From: an uncultured Candidatus Bathyarchaeia archaeon
GTDB lineage: Archaea; Thermoproteota; Bathyarchaeia; Bathyarchaeales; Bathyarchaeaceae
NCBI GenBank assembly: GCA_964618655.1
Contig: CAZUFG010000002.1
Location: forward strand, 1-46,329
Length of the DNA stretch: 46,329 nt
Direction of reading: 5' to 3'
Position 1 is the stretch's first letter, and each line of letters opens with the position of its first letter. A program made the translations under genes and the position numbers. Under the pieces are notes generated by a model, which was not told the origin of the DNA, made no database searches, and was given only the letters and a program-made list of their open reading frames with translations. This document shows positions 42,911 to 46,329 of the stretch, piece after piece.

Positions 42911-44669
42911 GTGGCAGACCTTGACTTCCAACGAAAACAGAGAAATCATTGAGGCTATTCGAAAATTTGCTATTCTAAACGCGCTCCTTCATGGAGGAAA
43001 GGCGCAAGCTGGTCCTGTTATTGGGAAACTGCTGGCTGAGCTTCCACATCTTAAACCTAAGATAAAGGAGATTAGCCAACAAATTGCCAAGGTTGTTGAA
43101 GAGGTCAATGCGCTTTCTCTGGACCAGCAAAGGCGTGTTGTTGAGGAGAAGTGGCCTGAAGCCTTAGTTAAAGAGAAAGCCAGAGAGGAGAGGGTTCTTC
43201 CGCCATTGCCCAACGTTGAAAAGTATGAGCGAATTGTGACTCGTTTTTCGCCGAATCCCGACTGTGTTCTGCATCTGGGTTCGGCAAGAGCCATAGTCCT
43301 CTGTTACGAGTACGCGAAAATGTATAATGGCTTTTTTTATCTTCGGTTTGAAGACACTGACCCGAGATTGAAAAAGTCCGCCTTACCATTCTATGATTAC
43401 ATACGTGAAGACCTATCTTGGCTTGGATGTAAATGGGACGCTGAATTCATCCAGAGCGACCGCCTTCCCATCTATTATGAGTATGCTGAAAAAATTCTCA
43501 AGAACGGGAATGCCTACGTCTGCACCTGCAAACGTGAGGAGTTCCGCCGAAAAGTAACTGCTAAAAAGCCCTGTCCATGCCGAAACCTAACGCCCGAAGA
43601 GAATCTCACACGCTGGAAGCACATGTTGGATGGCACGTATGGTGAAGGAAAAGCCGTGATGAGAATCAAAACCGACCTGAACCACCCGAATCCAGCAGTT
43701 CGAGATTGGCCTGCTTTCAGAATCATTAACCCGAAGAGAAATCCCCATGCGAGAGTTGGCGGCAAATATCGTGTTTGGCCACTCTATAATTTTGCTTGTG
43801 GAGTCGACGATCACTTGATGGGCGTGACTCACATTATTCGTGGGAAGGAGCACCTAACGAACCAGAAAAGGCAAGAATTCATGTACCGACACTTCGGATG
43901 GAAATATCCTGACGCTATCCATTACGGCAGGCTCAAAATGATTGGGGCGTCGCTCAGCAAGTCTAAAATTGTAGAGGGTGTTAGGAGCGGCTACTTCCAA
44001 GGCTGGGACGACCCGAGATTAGCGACCTTTGCCGCTTTGAGGAGGAGAGGAATAACTCCCGAGGCTATTCGACGGATGATAATTGAGGTCGGTCCAAAGA
44101 CTGTTGACGCGACGATAAGTTGGGACAACGTCTACGCCTTGAATCGGAAAATAGTTGACCCAGTTGCGAATCGGTACTTCTTTGTGCGTGAACCGAGAAA
44201 ACTCACGGTGAGGGATGTTCCACAAGCGTTTACAGTAAGCATTCCGTTACATCCTGACCATCCTGAACGAGGTTTTCGTCGTTTTGAAATAAGACCAGAA
44301 AAGGGCGAGACATCTTTTTGGGTTTCAATCGACGACGTTAAGGCTTTGAGGACTGGAAGAAAAATCCGATTCATGGAACTCTTTAATTTTGAGGTTGTGA
44401 AGGTTGGGAAACGTCTGATTGAGGCTGTTTTTCACAGTAAGTCATACGAAGAAGCGAAAAAATTTGGTGCTCCTCTAATTCACTGGATTCCAGTGGGTAC
44501 TGGCATTCCATGCGAGGTTGTGATGCCAGACGCTTCTAAGGCGTCGGGTGTCGCTGAAGATGCCTGTAAGAGGCTTCATCTTGGCGATATTGTGCAGTTT
44601 GAGCGTTTTGGTTTTGTTCGCGTAGACAGCGTTGATGAGAAGCTGAATGCGTATTTTGCCCATCGATAG
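42894..44669 (+). CDS. gltX: Glutamyl-tRNA synthetase, archaeal type
   Basis: The HIGH-like motif is VLHLGSARAIV and the KMSKS-like motif is GASLSKSK. Class I GluRS/GlnRS core. The start is uncertain (TTG 42894 or TTG 42921). Confidence 0.9.
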   Translation: MLESIKWQTLTSNENREIIEAIRKFAILNALLHGGKAQAGPVIGKLLAELPHLKPKIKEISQQIAKVVEEVNALSLDQQRRVVEEKWPEALVKEKAREERVLPPLPNVEKYERIVTRFSPNPDCVLHLGSARAIVLCYEYAKMYNGFFYLRFEDTDPRLKKSALPFYDYIREDLSWLGCKWDAEFIQSDRLPIYYEYAEKILKNGNAYVCTCKREEFRRKVTAKKPCPCRNLTPEENLTRWKHMLDGTYGEGKAVMRIKTDLNHPNPAVRDWPAFRIINPKRNPHARVGGKYRVWPLYNFACGVDDHLMGVTHIIRGKEHLTNQKRQEFMYRHFGWKYPDAIHYGRLKMIGASLSKSKIVEGVRSGYFQGWDDPRLATFAALRRRGITPEAIRRMIIEVGPKTVDATISWDNVYALNRKIVDPVANRYFFVREPRKLTVRDVPQAFTVSIPLHPDHPERGFRRFEIRPEKGETSFWVSIDDVKALRTGRKIRFMELFNFEVVKVGKRLIEAVFHSKSYEEAKKFGAPLIHWIPVGTGIPCEVVMPDASKASGVAEDACKRLHLGDIVQFERFGFVRVDSVDEKLNAYFAHR

Positions 44670-44835
44670 TCGGGTTCAGTAGACTTTTAGATTGATCTAG
44701 TAGAACTTCCATGCCAAGAATTTTGACACTCAGTTCCTCCCTTCCTCGCCAGACCTTCCCTCTATAGAGGTAGTCTCACACGCACGCACACAAACCCACA
44801 CATCTCCAATAGTCGAAACGTTCATAAGCTTGTGC

Positions 44836-44847
44836 CATAGATAAAAC
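44836..44847 (+). promoter_or_regulatory. TATA-like box upstream of rpl7ae (probably leaderless)
   Basis: CATAGATAAAAC ends about 24 nt upstream of the ATG at 44871. Confidence 0.5.
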
Positions 44848-44870
44848 TCAACACTCATAGGGTGAGGCAT

Positions 44871-45257
44871 ATGTCCAGACCGTTTTACGCAAAATTCGAG
44901 GTCCCAAAAGAGGTGGCAGATGCAGCCTATGAAGCCCTACAAATAGCCACACAAACAGGACTCGTCCGTAAAGGCACCAATGAAACAACAAAAGCCATAG
45001 AACGCGGACAAGCGAAACTCGTAATAATTGCCGAAGACGTAGACCCGCCAGAAGTCGTCGCCCATCTTCCACTGATCTGTGAAGAACGAAAAGTCCCATA
45101 CATATTCGTGCCAAGCAAAGAAAAAATCGGCACATCCTGCGGCATAGACGTTCCAGCCGCTTCAGTATGCATAACCGAGGTCGGCGACGCCACATCATTA
45201 ATAAAAGAGATTTCCAAAAGAATCGAGGAACTGAAGAAGAAGGTCCCCAGCGAATGA
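44871..45257 (+). CDS. rpl7ae: 50S ribosomal protein eL8 (L7Ae), kink-turn binding
   Basis: [15 protein letters not shown]...[36 protein letters not shown] is the L7Ae signature. The track ORF starts at GTG 44862. Confidence 0.94.
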   Translation: MSRPFYAKFEVPKEVADAAYEALQIATQTGLVRKGTNETTKAIERGQAKLVIIAEDVDPPEVVAHLPLICEERKVPYIFVPSKEKIGTSCGIDVPAASVCITEVGDATSLIKEISKRIEELKKKVPSE

Positions 45258-45529
45258 GCGAAAAAGGCGAGAAAGGCGAAAAGACTGAAAGAGCCGAAAA
45301 AATAGAGAAAGGCGAAAAAGAAGAAGAGGTCGAGTTGACCCCTGCTGAAGTCATTCAGGTCATTGGTCGAACAGGAGTCACGGGTGAGATTTCGCAGGTT
45401 AGGGTTCGAGTACTTGAGGGGCGAGATAAGGGGCGCATTATAACAAGAAACGTAAAGGGCCCAATACGAAGCAATGACATCCTGATGTTGCGAGAAACAG
45501 AGCGAGAAGCAAAAAAAATTAAGCGGTGA
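45254..45529 (+). CDS. rps28e: 30S ribosomal protein eS28, with a KE-rich N-terminal extension
   Basis: The ATG at 45254 overlaps the rpl7ae TGA (the track ORF starts at 45167). [26 protein letters not shown]...[24 protein letters not shown] is the S28e core. Confidence 0.92.
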   Translation: MSEKGEKGEKTERAEKIEKGEKEEEVELTPAEVIQVIGRTGVTGEISQVRVRVLEGRDKGRIITRNVKGPIRSNDILMLRETEREAKKIKR

Positions 45530-45741
45530 TGGGGTTTTCGCCAGTGCCAAAGCCTCGACGTTGCTCATTTTGTGGATACGACTTTCCGTCAGGCACTGGC
45601 CTAATGTACGTTAAAAACGATGGTTCCATCCTCTGGTTTTGTTCAAATAAATGCAGAAAGAGCGCCATTAAACTGAAACGAGACTCACGCAAGCTTGCGT
45701 GGACAAAATATTACGGGACGGAAGAGAAGGGAAGGGCTTGA
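45526..45741 (+). CDS. rpl24e: 50S ribosomal protein eL24
   Basis: [35 protein letters not shown] is the L24e zinc-ribbon motif. Confidence 0.93.
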   Translation: MMGFSPVPKPRRCSFCGYDFPSGTGLMYVKNDGSILWFCSNKCRKSAIKLKRDSRKLAWTKYYGTEEKGRA

Positions 45742-46190
45742 ACGAGCGCACCCTCGTTTTTCTGAAGCCAGAAGCGGTCTTGAGAAGCCTAATAGGCGAA
45801 ATCATCACACGAATCGAAAAAAGAGGGCTCAACTTAGCAGCCATAAAACTCATCCAGTTGACCACAAAACAGGTTGGCGAAATCTACGAAATGCACAGAG
45901 GCAAAGACTTCTATCAGCCACTCATCGAACACGTTACGTCAGGGCCAGTTCTCGCCATGGTAGTAGAGGGCCCAAACGCCATCTCAGTCCTTCGCAGTAT
46001 GGTTGGAAGAACGAATCCAGTTGAGGCGCAGCCTGGAACAATACGCGGCGACTATGCGCTAACCACGACAAAAAACATTATCCATGCGGCTGATAGCGCA
46101 GAAAATGCGGAGAGGGAAATCAAGATTTTCTTTAGTCCAAACGAAATTCTCAAGTATCAAAAACCTACAGAGTCCAAATACTTACTTTAA
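45738..46190 (+). CDS. ndk: Nucleoside diphosphate kinase
   Basis: The TTG at 45738 overlaps the rpl24e TGA (the track ORF starts at 45699). ERTLVFLKPEAV, TIRGDYA and NIIHAADS (active-site His) are Ndk motifs. Confidence 0.92.
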   Translation: MNERTLVFLKPEAVLRSLIGEIITRIEKRGLNLAAIKLIQLTTKQVGEIYEMHRGKDFYQPLIEHVTSGPVLAMVVEGPNAISVLRSMVGRTNPVEAQPGTIRGDYALTTTKNIIHAADSAENAEREIKIFFSPNEILKYQKPTESKYLL

Positions 46191-46194
46191 GGGC

Positions 46195-46329
46195 TTACAA
46201 GAGGGTTTTTACGACTTTCTCCCAGAGATCCTCATTGTCGACGCAGCCGATGTCGGCTCCGTTAAGGTCACCGTTGAAGTAACCGTATGACCTGGCTCGG
46301 CATCCACCGCATATGTATTTGTCTTCGCA
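46195..46329 (-). CDS. C-terminal end of a SPASM/twitch-domain (radical SAM-associated) protein; the 5' part is outside the window
   Basis: Manual minus-strand translation gives CEDKYICGGCRARSYGYFNGDLNGADIGCVDNEDLWEKVVKTLL followed by a stop. The CGGCRARS motif is typical of SPASM domain C-termini. Confidence 0.55.
   Translation of the reverse strand, partial: CEDKYICGGCRARSYGYFNGDLNGADIGCVDNEDLWEKVVKTLL

Overview
Archaeal chromosomal window, about 46 kb and almost fully coding. Several features point to a TACK/Thermoproteota-like lineage (for example Bathyarchaeia-like), but that is inference only. These features are a protein-coding BHB intron, a multi-intron tRNA, Shine-Dalgarno-led internal genes with frequent GTG/TTG starts, and 1-4 nt stop/start overlaps. 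Layout: (1) 1-5.4 kb holds miscellaneous metabolic genes (MtaD-like deaminase, APH-like kinase, an AT-rich orphan gene, an APS-kinase-like P-loop kinase, WecB). (2) 5.5-20.4 kb holds a long spc-like ribosomal operon, uL22 through uL15, then SecY, AdkA, a DUF106 protein, eL34, Cmk, eL14 and Cbf5. A small membrane protein gene sits between uL18 and uS5, and an Hsp20 gene sits between uL30 and uL15. (3) cbf5 is split by a 29-nt bulge-helix-bulge intron, and its 3' end runs into a tRNA-Ser(GGA) gene carrying three BHB introns. (4) 20.4-32.3 kb is an accessory island next to that tRNA. It contains PadR and ArsR-like regulators, a truncated tRNA-like copy, a VOC/zinc-finger fusion, a prenyltransferase-repeat protein, an M24 peptidase, cytidine deaminase, a GNAT/thioredoxin-fold fusion, VanZ with an ABC-2 exporter, a SAM methyltransferase, and an AT-rich module encoding two small membrane proteins plus a TIR-like (COG4271/PF10137-type) protein. 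The TIR-like module is the best candidate for an undescribed conflict system. (5) 32.3-46.3 kb holds the conserved uS13-uS4-uS11-RpoD-eL18-uL13-uS9-RpoN-enolase-uS2 cluster, a MEMO-like gene with the mevalonate pathway genes (mvk, ipk, fni, GGPP synthase), GluRS, L7Ae-eS28-eL24-Ndk, and the 3' end of a SPASM-domain gene. I found no rRNA, CRISPR array, transposase or integrase. All family assignments rest on motif recognition and synteny read by eye; no database search was run.
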